Below the pieces are notes generated by a model. The model did not search any database. It was not told where the DNA came from and saw only the letters and a program-made list of their open reading frames with translations. Below, one piece after another: positions 43,182 to 56,429 of a stretch of 64,000 bases of DNA. Origin of the DNA: Okamejei kenojei (taxonomy: Eukaryota); NCBI GenBank assembly GCA_035221665.1, contig CM069144.1:34596001-34660000 (forward strand). The letters run 5' to 3'. The position numbers and the translations under genes were made by a program. Each line of letters begins with the position of its first letter. The first letter of the stretch is position 1.

Positions 43182-44526
43182 TAAAAACATCAGGGAATCT
43201 CATTATACTGATGTTCACCGCTTAATAACCTGCTAATAAGTTGTTGACTGACCATTGAATAGTTTGATTTTAAGAAAAATAAATCATGCATGAAATACTC
43301 AGGATTAAATCCTCCCATTACAATTTCAATTCCTTTCAAACATAACTTCTTTCTCCTGCTATTCATAACTTCAACCCAAGCCAATCTTACATGAATATCC
43401 AAAAGTCCGCACCACTCTGGTACCTTCCTTGATTAACAAGACTACCCCTCCTTTCTTTTTGGTTTGTTCTTTTGTCACTTAAAGTATTGAGCACCCAGTC
43501 TTGGTCATCCTTCAACCATGTCTCCATAATAGCTTTTGGATCATATTTATAATTTGCCATCCGTGCTGTCAACTTGTCTATCATCATGCAAATGCTACAC
43601 GTGTCAAGTTTTGGTATTTTACAGTTTTTTACTAACTTTGGCTTTGCTCGGTGCTGCATATTTTCTGCCTGTATCCAGCCTGTCCCACTTTGCTTGTCAA
43701 TAATCTCCTCACTCTCCCATGCCACTGCCCTCTCATTTTCTCTTATAAAACATCCCTGTTCCTGAACTATTGCACGGCCCACTGCCCACTCTCCAATTTA
43801 GTTTAAATCTCTTACCAGCATGTTTTCAGGAAACAGGGCGGTTTACACACCCCAGTCAGCATCAACATTGCTGAAGCAGAGATGATTGAGAGTTTCAATT
43901 CCTGAGCTTAAATATCACCAATAATTTACCCCAATCCAATCTCATTTACTTTACAGCCAAAAAGCCTTTGTTTTCTCAAGCTACTGAGGAAATGCGGCTT
44001 GTCTCCAGCAACACTTATCAATTTCTATTGAAGCCATCCTATTGGTTTGAAACTGCTCTGCCTAAGACCGTAAGAAATTGTAGAGAATTATAGATGCAGC
44101 CCAGCCCATCACACAAACTAGCCTCACTGTCTACTCTACAGTTCACGCTGTCTTGGAAAAATTGCCAACATAGTCAAGGACTATTAACATCTAGACTATT
44201 AACATCCAAACCAAATTACTGGTGGCTTGAATAATAATCCATTGTTTGTCACCCTTGTGGTTCTACTTTTCAATTTTGCCCTGAGCTACTCATAATCACT
44301 CATCAGAACCTTGTTATTTGTCCTACCTAAGGCATTGGTGCCTACGACGACCATGCAATTGAATCCATCTCCTACCACTCCAACAACCTCTCCAGCCCCA
44401 AACTGATGTCCTTAACCTTTGTTCCCGGCGGGCAATACTACCTTGGGGACTTTCTGTCTTTGCAGCAGAGGACAGTGTCCATTACCCTAACTCTGCTATC
44501 CTCTGTAACTTTACTTTCATTGGCAG

Positions 44527-44624
44527 TAAATTCTGGACGCGAAACAGACCTGGAGATAAAATGAGAGATCGCTACAATCTCAACTTGCTTCCAGGAATGT
44601 CAGACGAAGCTGTAGGAGAGTATG
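44527..44624 (+). CDS. WDR33: WDR33 exon (~12): KFWTRNRPGDKMRDRYNLNLLPGMSDEAVGEY
   Basis: ggcag|TAAA...TATG|gtaaga; 98 bp. Confidence 0.96.
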
Positions 44625-45299
44625 GTAAGAAAAAATATACAATATCAGAATATATTATGCAGTATCTTACAGTGTAATAATTAGTAGAACCGATCAGATC
44701 AAAGTAAATTGCAGTTCTCATTGGTATTCTAATTGACGGTATAATTTGAAATATTAGTGTATAATATGGATAACATCAGAGTTCTTCCACAATAAATAGT
44801 TCTCCATATGATGGGAATATGATTTATCCAATTATTGATCTGATATTCAACAAACACCAAAGGTGTTTACAATCTCATACTCGTACTAGGATTCACAGGG
44901 CTGGGAATGACTTCCACTCCATGTCTCTGGGTTCTGAAGTGGCCACTAAGGCCAACGTAGGACACCCCAACTCTGCCACAGGACAAAAAAGGTGGAGGAG
45001 ATAGTTTGTGATTTGTATTCTTTCTTCCCTTTTCGTTGGATTTCTGTTTGCTCCCAGGAAAGAGAGTCAAGAGAGTCCCGATTCTGAATTCTCCTACTTC
45101 ATTCTGAGCAATAAATGTTACTTGCAACAGTTTATAAAGCTTTATGTTTATAAACTTTGTGGTTTAAACTTTATACATTTGATAGTTTATAATACTCCTC
45201 CACCATGTAGAGTGGTCACAGAGGAATAAAACTGCGATAGTTTAGAAAGATGAAACTCTGTAAAAATCCTGAACTTTTATTTATTATTGAATTCCACAG

Positions 45300-45386
45300 A
45301 TGACATTGAGCCAAACAGTCTGTCCAATATTCCTGGGATGGGCATTCCAGAACAACTGAAACAAGCCTTGGAGCTGGAACAGACCT
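45300..45386 (+). CDS. WDR33: WDR33 exon (~13): (D)DIEPNSLSNIPGMGIPEQLKQALELEQT
   Basis: cacag|ATGAC...ACCT|gtaagt; 87 bp. Confidence 0.94.
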
Positions 45387-46051
45387 GTAAGTAGTCTACA
45401 AATAATTTTAACATTTACAACCAGGAGACTGAAGTTTCACATTGTGTGCTGAAAGTTTTTACTGTGGGCCAAGCAATCAGACAGTGGCTGACATTGATTT
45501 AAATTTAGAACTGTGCACTATTAAGGACTAATTACATGATGCAAAATTCACTGGAAAAAAAAATTGATATGGCGCGGCTGATGCATTCGGCATTAAAACC
45601 TCTGGAGGAGGAAGTCCACCATTATTCATAAATTGGCAAGCAGGTCGGGCATCTGTGATACTCGATGGGGAGTCTCTGACACTTGATGGGGAGGATGAGG
45701 TGAACATGTCAGCCACAAAATAATGGCTAGGCTTCAGAGGAAATATGGGTTTGGCATAGTAAATCTTGATTCATTTTAAATTTTGCTTTGTTCTCAATGA
45801 CATTTTAACAAATGTTCATTTTCAGTTGTGCTAATCATACTGTGATTAATTGACAGCCCAAATAATATATAATTATTGACGGGGTTAACGGTCCTTTGAC
45901 AGGTACTGTTAAGTTCCAGCAGTTCCTCCATTTAAATAGATTTTGGCTGCATATATGGTATGTGAATGTGTTGACATGAGTCATTCCAAAAAGATTTCAA
46001 AAATATTCTGCCGAGTTTCATATCCTTATAAAGCATATGTTTTTGTTGTAG

Positions 46052-46191
46052 GCAAAGAAGAGGTGAATGAAGTGGAGATGGCAATTCCAGGATTGGACTG
46101 GGGCATGGATGAAATGATGTTGAAGGATCAAAAGAAAGTGATTCAGAAGAAAGTCCCTTATGCAAAGCCAATTCCTGTACAGTTCCAGCAG
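46052..46191 (+). CDS. WDR33: WDR33 exon (~14): KEEVNEVEMAIPGLDWGMDEMMLKDQKKVIQKKVPYAKPIPVQFQQ
   Basis: tgtag|GCAAA...CAG|gtcagt; 140 bp. Confidence 0.95.
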
Positions 46192-47116
46192 GTCAGTCAA
46201 ATTCAGTACAATCCAATCCCATGTGACACTGCTGTAATACTGATTTATTTGGATTGACTTGCAGGAAACTCTACACACAGTTTATGATTTGACACATATT
46301 CATGATCATGAATATCTGGGTTTAGCCAGCATAATTCGCAAGATAATGGGATTTTAATGTCCTGTATCTGCAGGAAGGTGAAAAAGGAAACCAACCAAGG
46401 ACCTACTTTAGTTTGTTTCTTGGAAAAAGAAAGGTGCCCTTTTCCATGCTTGATCAACACTAGCTTTGTTTTGTATTTGGAGGCTATTTATTATATTTGA
46501 ATATCGCTGTAGCTTACAGAATCCTATTCACACACAATTATAGCCATCAGGCTGTGCTGGATGGGAAGATATACTCAACACATGGGAGGGAGGGACTGCC
46601 CAGTGGGAGAGGTAGAGGGAGAAAATATTTTTTTCATGTTTCAGGATACCCCAAAGCATTTCAGAAATGATTTTGGATCCTGGTTACTATCCTGATTTGT
46701 AACATTGAGAGAAGGAGTTTATATCAGTTAAGAGGGAGAATGTAGGATGTTTTACTCCCAAAATGAGCAACTTGCATATTGTTCAACTTATTTATTTCAA
46801 TGACAGATTGTATTGTGCCATTGACTCAATGTTTTATGTATCATTCCTAACTGTCACTATATGTCATGTTGTCACTTGTGGGCGGAGCACCAAGGGAAAT
46901 TTCTTGTATGTGAATACCTGGCCAATAAACTTATTCATTCATTCATACCTCCAGTAGAAAAGTAGCACTGGTTGAACGACAGCGAACAAAACCATTTGCT
47001 CTATTTATAAACACTTTGAGTGAAGTAATGGGAATTTAAAGTGATGGAATGGGGATAAGCGATTTGAAGATGGGAGATTATTTCAGTGTGAGGTAATGTT
47101 TTTATTTTATCCACAG

Positions 47117-47269
47117 GCATGGTCTCAGAACAAGGTTCTCACAATCCCTGTTGAGGAACCAAAAATCGAGAGAGCAGAAGAGAAAAAAAAGGATGAAAAG
47201 AAGAAATCTCAAGCAGAAATTGAGCAGGAGATGGCTGCCCTACAGTACACCAATCCATTGCTCCTGGAG
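47117..47269 (+). CDS. WDR33: WDR33 exon (~15): AWSQNKV...KKSQAEIEQEMAALQYTNPLLLE
   Basis: cacag|GCA...GAG|gttaga; 153 bp. Confidence 0.94.
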
Positions 47270-47556
47270 GTTAGAGAACACTTTCAAACTGTATCATTTT
47301 TAACATTGTCATTCATGGTTTCCAGATAATGTGAAACTTACAACTTTTGGACATTTTGTCCATTTGTTTTTGGTGATTTTTGCCATTTAAAAATATTTAG
47401 CTAGAGATTGGTTAAATACTTGATCTAATATTTTTTTTTTAAAGTGGAAGATGAGGGGATAATTTTGGCAAGTCAAGATGCTGATAGATTAGGATGTATC
47501 TATGCACAATGGTTTTATAGGCTTGGGCAGTCAGAGAGCAAAGGCTTACTTAAACA

Positions 47557-48452
47557 AGGGCGGTATGTTGGAGCAGTGGTAGAGTTGCTGCCTTAAGGGC
47601 CTGTCCTACCAACATCCAACTCCATGCGGTGAGCGCGACCAAACCGGCAGCAGGGGCCGCGCGGAGGTCGGGTGATCCCTGTACAGGGCCGTTCCCAACA
47701 GCATGTGCCTGCATGGAAAGAGCGCGACCAAACTGGCAGCCGGGGCCGCGCGGAGGTCGGGTGAGTGGCGCAACGCGGCGGGAAGTGGAGCGAAGTCTGA
47801 AAGGTAAATTCGCCAGGACAGAGAGGGACACACACGGAGGGGCACAGAGGCACACACAGAGAGGGCCATGGAGCCACACACAGAGAGGGTCACGGAGGCA
47901 CCTACAGAGAGGGTCACGGAGGCACGACATTGAGGCGGTGTGTAATGCGTCGAGGCGACTGCAAGCCGACAAGCCATTGCTGCGCAGAATTTTTGAACAT
48001 GGTCAGTTTTTCGGAGCCCCGCACGATGTCGGGACGAACTCCGCACAATTCCGCACGGCTCCGGCGATCGAAGTGGGACCGGCCCCGCGACGCCGGACGG
48101 CTCAAGCGACCACGTTAGGTCGCGCTCATCGCATGGAGTTGCATGCTGGTGGGACAGGCCCTTTACACTGCTTGCAGCGCCGGAGACCCGGGTTCCATCC
48201 CAACTATGGGTGCTGTCTGTACAGAGTTTGTACGTTCTTCCCGTGGCCACGTGGGTTTTCTCTGAAATCTTCGGTTTCCTCCCACAGTACAAAGACATAC
48301 AAGTTTGTAGGTTTTTTGATTTGGGTTTGTATACTTGGTTATAGTGTAAATGTCCCCAGTGTGTGTGGGATAGTGTTAGTGTGCGGGGATTGTTGGTCGG
48401 TGCCGACTCGGGCCAAAGGGCCTGTTTCCGCGCTGTATCTCTAAACTAAACG
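47557..48452 (+). mobile_element. tRNA-derived SINE split by a MITE insertion
   Basis: A-box half (tggagcagtggtagagttgctgcc) before 47596; B-box half, body and tail (gggttccatccc...tatctctaaactaaac) after 48162. Confidence 0.8.
47596..48162. mobile_element. PIF/Harbinger-type MITE (GC-rich) nested in a SINE
   Basis: TIR agggcctgtcc...gggacaggccct (~45 bp), TTA TSD at 47593-47595 and 48163-48165, internal direct repeats. Confidence 0.85.
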
Positions 48453-48717
48453 AAGCAGAAGAGGGGAAATTTTGTCCCAGACAGTAAAACAATTCCCAAA
48501 AGCTTAAATGTTTCCGATATGATTGGAGACAGAAGAAGAAAATTAGAAGAACATTTGCATTGTTTTAGTCCCCTAAAAGCAATGGAACCTTCCAATATGT
48601 AATCCTGTAATAGACTTTCATGCCAAACTAAATTATTCTTTAGATATCTTGTTATCTGTGATATGTTTCCAAATTGCAAAAAGATATATATTTTATGTAC
48701 ATGTTTCTTCTGTGCAG

Positions 48718-49977
48718 CAACTGAAGATTGAGAGAATGGCACAGAAACAGGCTGAACAAGTTCAGCAGCAACAACAAGGACCTTCCATGGCACCACAGAC
48801 TTTTCCAGGACAAGGATTTATTCCACAAGGTCCACAAGCCTTTCAGCAGGCACATCCACCTCAGCAGATGCAGATGAACATGCCTCTAGGACATTCAGGA
48901 CTGCAAGGCAATTTCAGAGCACCAGCACCTCCAGGACAAATGGGTCCTCAAGTACCCCCACTAATGCAGGGGCCTATTGGGTCCCAAGGATTAATGGGAC
49001 CCCAAGCACACGCAGGACCACAAGGAATTCATGGTCCAGGAGGTCACCCTGGACCTCAGGGGCATCCAGGGCCTCAAGGCCACCCCGGACCTCCGGGGCA
49101 CCCAGGCCCTCAAGTTCACCCAGGACCCCCAGGCCACCCTGGCCCACAAGGCCACCCAGGACCACATGCTTCACAGGGGTTTCCAGGTCCCCAAAACCAC
49201 CCTGGGCCACAAGGACAGCAAGGACCCCATGTTCAGCAAGGTTTGGGAGCCCAAGGGCATCCAGGTCCTCAAGGGCATCCTGGTCCTCAAGGGCATCCAG
49301 GTCCTCAAGGACATCCAGGGCCTCAAGGTCATCCAGGTTCACAAGGTCATCCAGGGCCTCAAGGTCATCCAGGGCCTCAAGGACATCCAGGGCCTCAAGG
49401 ACATCCAGGGCCTCAAGGTCATCCAGGGCCTCAAGGTCATCCAGGGCCTCAAGGTCATCCAGGGCCTCAAGGACATCCAGGGCCTCAAGGTCATCCAGGG
49501 CCCCAAGGACATCCAGGGCCTCCAGGTCATCCAGGTTCACAAGGACATCCAGGGCCTCCAGGTCATCCAGCTTCACAAGGTCATCCAGGTTCACAAGGAC
49601 ATCCAGGGCCTCCAGGTCATCCAGCTTCACAAGGACATCCAGGGCCTCAAGGTCATCCAGGTTCACAAGGACATCCAGGGCCCCAAGGACATCCAGGGCC
49701 CCAAGGATTACCTGGGACACAAGGAATGCAAGGGCCATCAGGTCCAAGAGGAATGCAAGGCCCTCCGATGCAGGGACCTCAGCAGGGAATACAAGGACAT
49801 CCCCAGGGAATGCAAGGACCGCAGGGACCCCAAGGGCCAGGATGTGCACCAGGAGGACCACCACATTCTCAGCATGGTGCTTCAAACACACAAGGGCCAC
49901 CTCATCAAACCTCTTCGTTCCAACCGCCAGCCAAGCCATCATTGTTGGGTGATGGACCTAGAATGCCTTTTAACCAG
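48718..49977 (+). CDS. WDR33: WDR33 large exon (~16): Gln/Pro-rich and collagen-like (GPQGHP)n region
   Basis: tgcag|CAACTGAAGATTGAG...TTTAACCAG|gtgagc; 1260 bp; [11 protein letters not shown]...[13 protein letters not shown]. Confidence 0.95.
49040..49710 (+). repeat. Coding 18-bp tandem repeat (gggcctcaaggtcatcca = GPQGHP)
   Basis: Direct inspection; about 35 hexapeptide units, with near-identical copies in 49250-49700. Confidence 0.95.
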
Positions 49978-51781
49978 GTGAGCTATTCTGTGTCGAGTAG
50001 GTGTTACAGAAGCCATATCTATACGCTATACACAGTAATTGAAAATCCAAGGAAGCTCAGATCTATTATATTTTAATGAATTGTTCAAAACCGGTAACGG
50101 CTTAGCAAATGACGGGGATTTTAATCAAACATTCTTCAGCCTGGATGATTCAAATCACTAAACTGCTGAATAAAATTTGCACTACTACATTTTAAGGAAG
50201 TTAACTCCTAAAATAGTAAATAGGAATAGGAGGATTTGGAATACTTTATTGTCACATGTGACTAAGCACAGTGAGATTCTTTCCTTGCATACACAATGTG
50301 TACAAATCGCAGCCACCTATGGCGCTGACAAAGTTACAAAGCGCGCTTCTCCCCCTTTTGTCCCCCCTCTCCCCCACCACAGCTGTTCCCCCACGCTGGG
50401 ACCGCATTGTCCTTTGTGTCCCGTCCCCCCTCATTGTCCATTGTTCTTCCCCTCTCCCCTCACGGCGGCCCCCCCACGCCAGGTCCTCCATTGTTCTTCC
50501 CCTCCCCCCTCACGATGGTTCTCCACGTTCTCATCAACCGTGGGTCGACCCGCGAGGCATCGCCGCCGTCGCGATGCTTCACCACCACCGAGGCCCCATC
50601 GTCGCGTGTCTGCACCGCTACCGCCGGTAAGGCCTCTCCCCTGTCGACGCCCCACTTCACACCTCCGTGGTGCCGACCTGGGCTCCAGCCGCGGGCTCCG
50701 TCGGCCGCTTCGCCCCGCCCAGGCTTCTACCCATGAGCCCCCGATCCGGGCTTCAATGCGGCGATCTGGGAGGCATTGCGATCGCGGAGCCCCAATAAAG
50801 GCATGCAGCTGTATGGCAGTATGAACCGGTTGGCAGTTTGAACCGTTCTTGGAATGCCAATTGGAGAGGCCAAGTGCAGAATGAATACCACAACCTATTT
50901 CAACGAGGCAGGCACTATTATGAAAAATGTACTTGCTTTATGTACATAATCTCCGTTCTTCTAGACAATTGCATGCACTTTGCAGAGGAGGAAAGTGTGT
51001 TGACACAATTTAGGATAAATGTTACTGTGCAGAAGTAAAGTTAAATCAAAAAATAAAGAGTTCACTTTAATGACACCACCAAATTATATTAAAAATATTG
51101 CTTTAATATTTCACTCTGATATTCCATGTGTTTCACATTCAAGTTTCTTCAATATTTCTGGCAATATTCTAATGGTACAATAAACCAATGAATGAATGAA
51201 GTCTGTGGAACTGCTTCACCTGAAGAATTTATGATGGATGCAGTTATATTGTGTACAAAGAACGATCTTACACAATACAATAATAATGTATAAATCTGTT
51301 GCAATTAGTGAATTACCTAATCTCGGCAAAATGCTATAACGTCAGTTCTAAAGTGTGACAATACAGTAAATAACAGCCTTTTTATGCGCCCGGGACATAT
51401 AGAGTAGCAAGAAAGCGTGACATTCTGACCCAGGGTTGATTGCTGCCAGCTGCTTTACACAGACAGTGGTACACATAATCGAAATATATCAAACCTACAT
51501 TGGGCAGATTAAAAACTCAAACCTGTTTAAGTTATCTTTGAGTTTTGAGAGTTCAAATATGTGGCCGAGAGTAGATGGCTCAGTGGTCCACTTCTCAATC
51601 TAATTTACTTCTGTTTACTTCATGTATGTGTTGTTTGCAAGGCCACCTGTAACTCTGTGGACTCATTGCCCATTCTCAACCTCTCCCCTTACCCGTTCTC
51701 TTAATCGCATTCCTTTGTGTTTTAAGTCCCATTTCTTTCCAAAAAGGCAGTCGTGAATGAAATAGGATGGTAGAACAATGT

Positions 51782-52191
51782 AGATAAAAATGCTGGGGAA
51801 ACTCAGCGGATGAGGCAGGATCTATGGAGCGAAGGAAATAGGCAACGTTTCGGGTCGAAACCCTTCTTCAGACTGATGTGAGGGTGGGGAGGGCGGGAAG
51901 AAGAAAGGAAGAGGAGGAGCCAGTGAGCTGAGGGAGAGCTGAGAAAGTATGGACTCTCTGAAATGAGAGAAGTCAATGTTCATACCGCTGGGGTGCAGAC
52001 TACCCAACTGAAATATGAGGTGCTGCCCCTCCAATTTACGATGGTCCTCACTCTGGCCATGGAGGAGGCCCAGGACAGAAAGGTCGGATTCGGAATGGGA
52101 GGGGGAGTTGAAGTGCTGAGCCACCGGGAGATCAGGTTGGTTATTGCGACCGAGCGTAGGTGTTCGGCGACGTGATCGCCAAGCTTACGCT
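51782..52191 (-). mobile_element. 5'-truncated Penelope-like retroelement (GIY-YIG C-terminus plus 3' region)
   Basis: Translation AQHFNSPSHS...RKLEGQHLIFQLGSLHPSGMNIDF; 14-bp duplication tggtagaacaatgt at 51768-51781 and 52192-52205. Confidence 0.85.
51841..51875 (-). ncRNA. Minimal hammerhead ribozyme motif in the Penelope 3' region
   Basis: Minus strand cagtCTGAAGAagggtttcgacccGAAACGTTgcc. Confidence 0.55.
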
Positions 52192-52599
52192 TGGTAGAAC
52201 AATGTGATACTTTCACTATATTCTGAATTAAATTTTTCATTCCTCACCGTCTGTTTTGTATTTTTGGATATCAAATTTTGTTCCCTGCTATACTGGTTGA
52301 TGAATCAATTTGTAAATGGGCAGAATGTTGCAGATCAAAGTCTATATTGAGAATCTTGAACGACTGCCCATTGAAACATTGTGGGAGGGCTTCATCACCT
52401 TGTTGACTGTGATCGTTTACAGATCAACAATAAACCAATGTTAGTTCTGATGGATGGTAAAGTTCCTATGGTGAGGTTTGAAAAGTCAACCTGACCATGC
52501 CATGAAACATGTTAGTGTTTTAGCAAGGTCATATCTAAACTAGCTACTGTATTGCTTGCAGAATGGTTGTAATGACTTGCTGGCTCAACACACTCCTGG

Positions 52600-53137
52600 T
52601 AGCAATGTTACAAAATTTTGAGATTTTAAAAACCAAGTCTGCAATTTATCCCATCAGATAAAGCATAAAACGAAGTTTAATTTGACACCTAATTCACTTT
52701 CATATCTTCAGTATTAAAAAAGTTATGGCCATTTTCATACTCGGAAATTAGCATCTTGTTCCCCATTGCCTTTCCATTGACTTAACTCAAAAGCTGTGAT
52801 CTAAGACAGTCAAAAGCCCAAAACTCTCTTAAACGTTAAGAGAACTCAATGACATTTTCAGTTATTATAGATTGAAGCATTCTGAAACAAATATGAAATA
52901 ATCTTACTTGGATGACCTGAAATTAAAGCATATAATTAGTTGTCTAATTGTAGCTAATTACAAAATTCAACTACTAGATCTAAAAATCTATCCATTTCGT
53001 AAGAAATGATAAATAAATCGCCCAACAAATGATAAATAAATCCCCTCCCCCCCCCACCTCTGAAAGGTGCCAAAGTCACGCACACGGGGAGCGGCAGAAC
53101 TGCAGCGCTGCTCAAGGTATGTATTGTAACATACCTA
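52600..53137. mobile_element. Non-autonomous DNA transposon (possibly hAT)
   Basis: Inverted ends tagcaatgttacaa / ttgtaacataccta with ctcctgg duplicated on both flanks. Confidence 0.5.
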
Positions 53138-54955
53138 CTCCTGGCTGGCTTTTATTGACCTGTTCTCACTACTCTTCACTCCTGCTGCCCCATCATAATC
53201 TGGTTCATCTAGCACTCCTGTACTTGCTGACCTACCTGCTCTGTGTAATGCCCTCTGAGTAGTCTGCACCCATGCAGCTTTGGCAAATTTAACAGAAACC
53301 TTCCGTTCATATCTCAGTGCCTGAAATTCTATAATTGCTTTTCAAACCCCCTCCATCACACTATTTCCATTTCTGCTTTGTTAAAATGTACTTCTTGATC
53401 ACTTTGGATACGTCCTAATTTTTCCTTCTAGGGGGCTGGGCATCAGTGATAATAGTCTTGTGAAGTGATATGGGATTTTTTTAGGTATTTTAATAGTGCT
53501 GTAAGTTGATGTTACTGTCCTTCAGAATGATTCATTAAATGTGACATCCTTTGAGATATTTATCATAATTGTAATAAGGTTACTGCCTAATTGCATGCTT
53601 CTTGTGTAATTTAGTATTATAGAATTAGGGACATATTTTGCATAGATATAATTGACACTGACCACCTTTAACCATGAAGTTCCCAGGATTGATCATATTA
53701 ATTTCATTTTGATTTAAATGGACAATTCCAAATAGTTTGTGTAGCTTAAACAATTCAGTGACTTTCTTTACAACCTCTGATCAGCAGGGTGTAAGGTGTA
53801 TTGTGAAAATATCTAGCTTACCTCCTCCATTTCTACTATCTTCTCTTTTAAAAACATAGACTATTCTGAATTATAAGTATTAATGACTGGCAGAATTTAA
53901 AAAAAAACATATTAAATACATCCAACAGCATATTGCTGAAGATTCTAGTCTTTCCATTACATTAATATATTTTGGAAACATTCACCATATTATTCATGTT
54001 AATTCTGGAAAAGGCTCCTTTCTAATAACTTAACTTTGACATGTAGAGTCATATTGAATTCCAACCTTGCCAACGTTTGGGTATTATTGGACCTCTCCTA
54101 TACTTGCATAGTAAGCTATCAACAATCTTGAGGGTTCTAATGGAGCCTGCCTTTTGGAAAGCGTTGCAGAGTACTCTAGGCAGATCTTCCAAATCTGTCA
54201 GTTGCTGGGAGCTAGAGTGCATGCAATTTAGTTTATTGATTTTGACTGTGACAACAGTTTATAGAGATCAAGTGGCGTATGGTGTAACAGCACAGCACCC
54301 CAAACAAAAGGATGATGAAATGTGTTCACATGATCTTTTAACTTCAATAAAAATCATTGGAAGGCAAATTTGATATTTCTGTTGACTTTTTTGCAGAGAA
54401 TATTTTTGTGAGATTTAGGAAAATCCAATGATTCGCTAGGGAAACCAATTTGTATAATATTGTGAGTCCAGTAATTAGAGGTGCTGAAAATGGACATATA
54501 TTAAACTTGCCCATTTACTGTTGCTCCAAGTTGCAGGTGAATTGGGATATTTGGATTAGGGTTCATGATGTACACGCCCCTTTCTGGACCCAAGTTTATT
54601 TTATTTATTCCACTATAACTAAAAATGTGCCTCCTAAAACCCATCTATTCACCCTCTGGGGCCATAACTATACTGTGATTCAATTCCATCTCAACATCTG
54701 CACCTTCAGATCATTAACATGAAAAGTTAGATTTGTGTTTATACAGAATGATAATTAAAGCACTGTAAATAAACAGACCAATTTTAAACCAAGTTCAGTT
54801 TTACAAAAGATTGAGGTGCAAACTGAGTTTATGTAGTGCTTTCCCTGCTGTTTGTGTGTCATCTGACTTCTGTCGAGTCTTGTTTATAAAACAGTTTTCT
54901 TTAAATGTACCTTTTTCTCACACTTGACTCATTTTTTATTCTCTTTTAACAAAAG

Positions 54956-55052
54956 GCTTCAAACCAAGTGCCACCGTTGTTGATGGTGGGGCAGGGACCA
55001 GTCCGCCTGCCTGCATCCAATCAAGGGTCTGCTGGTCCTGGGCCAAGCAAAG
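54956..55052 (+). CDS. WDR33: WDR33 exon (~17): ASNQVPPLLMVGQGPVRLPASNQGSAGPGPSK(G)
   Basis: Polypyrimidine tract + aag|GCT...AAAG|gtgaga; 97 bp; phases fit both neighbouring exons. Confidence 0.85.
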
Positions 55053-56429
55053 GTGAGAAGTGCAGCAGGGCACATGGAATGATTTATTCGACAGAAACTT
55101 AAATGGTGGTCATCTTCTCAAAGCTCTAACTTCCTTGTTAAATAATATTGTAAATAATGGTTATTAAAGAAGCATGGAAATTCTGATTTATTATTAAATT
55201 TGGCTTGTGAAATAACTTGTGGCAAAAGGGAAGAGCACCAATGATTATTGTGTGTAGGGTACTCAAAGTTGGTGTGGCAGCTGCAAACTAATTTCAACAT
55301 GCATGCATAAAAGGCCCAGAGTGGGCTTTATGGGTCAAATGTACGATCTCTGTCACAGTTTTAAATGTATTTCATTTCTGATTTCTCCTCTAAATGTTGC
55401 TCAGCGTCTTCCAGTGAATAAAGCCTTGTCTAAAACTGAGGCACAACACCAAAGCAGACCCACGGGACAGTTCTGGCTTACTCACCTTGGTAACAAGTGA
55501 GCTTCTGGAACTCAACAATCCCAGTTTATTGAATGGCAGTGAATTAATTCTTCAACGATTAGGGGAGATTTCCTTCACTCAAGGATACTCTTGTCCTCCC
55601 TTAGGTACTCATCTACCCAGACAGTTCCCAAGGGACCAATACTTAGTGCTGGCTATATTGAAAGTAAATTGCTTTCATATATTGGGTGCTATGAAGATCT
55701 TGCTTCTCCTGCTCTGCACAGTGGCCAATACCTTCATAAGAAAAATAACTCCAACAAGCCTGCCAAACCCCTGAAACTAGTTCCTGATTGACAAAGTTGC
55801 AATGAACAGAGTCTTCTGAATCACCTGGACCCTTGCCTCCCCTTTCGTATCTTGTTGAAATGCTAAGTCCCAACTCCAGGTTTTATCATGAAAAAAAAAG
55901 CATGAAAGCTAGGGATAGTTAATGGAGACAAAACAACATTTAAAAGACATTTGAACAGGTACATGGATCAGAAAGGTTTAGAGAGATATCGTCCAAATGC
56001 AGGCAGCTGAGCCAAACAAGTGGCGTTGTTAGGTCGGCATAAGCAAATTGGACTGAAGGACCTATTCCCGTGCTGCGTGACTTTGAGAACAGTTTATTAT
56101 GGTCGAGGAGGTACTATATATCCTCGGGCATCTGAAGGTAGTTAAATCTTCCAGGCCTGATCAGATATATCGGAGGATGCTGTGGGAAGCTCAAGAAGAA
56201 ATTGAAGGGGCGGATTAGATATTTCAATCATTTTTACACATGGGTCAGGTGCCGGATGACTGGAGGGTGGCTAATGTTCCTCTATTTAAGAAAAGCTGCA
56301 AAACCTTGGATCCATAGATCAGTGAGCGTAACCTCTGTTACTGGAGAGGATTATGAGGTATGTTTAACTAACTAGTGGCCAGTTTTTTCTTTGATTCTTA
56401 TTGACCCACTTTGTGAAGTCTCATTGATA

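Noticed and set aside
47550-48444. Long GC-rich ORFs (230 and 271 aa) on both strands
   Set aside because: They lie within a GC-rich MITE and SINE and show no recognisable domain
48974-49981. 322-aa antisense ORF and 316-aa alternate-frame ORF over the large exon
   Set aside because: By-products of a stop-free 18-bp coding repeat; low-complexity translations with no independent support
50177-50824. 215-aa Pro/Arg-rich ORF and overlapping ORFs
   Set aside because: GC-rich repetitive insertion; does not fit the WDR33 exon chain
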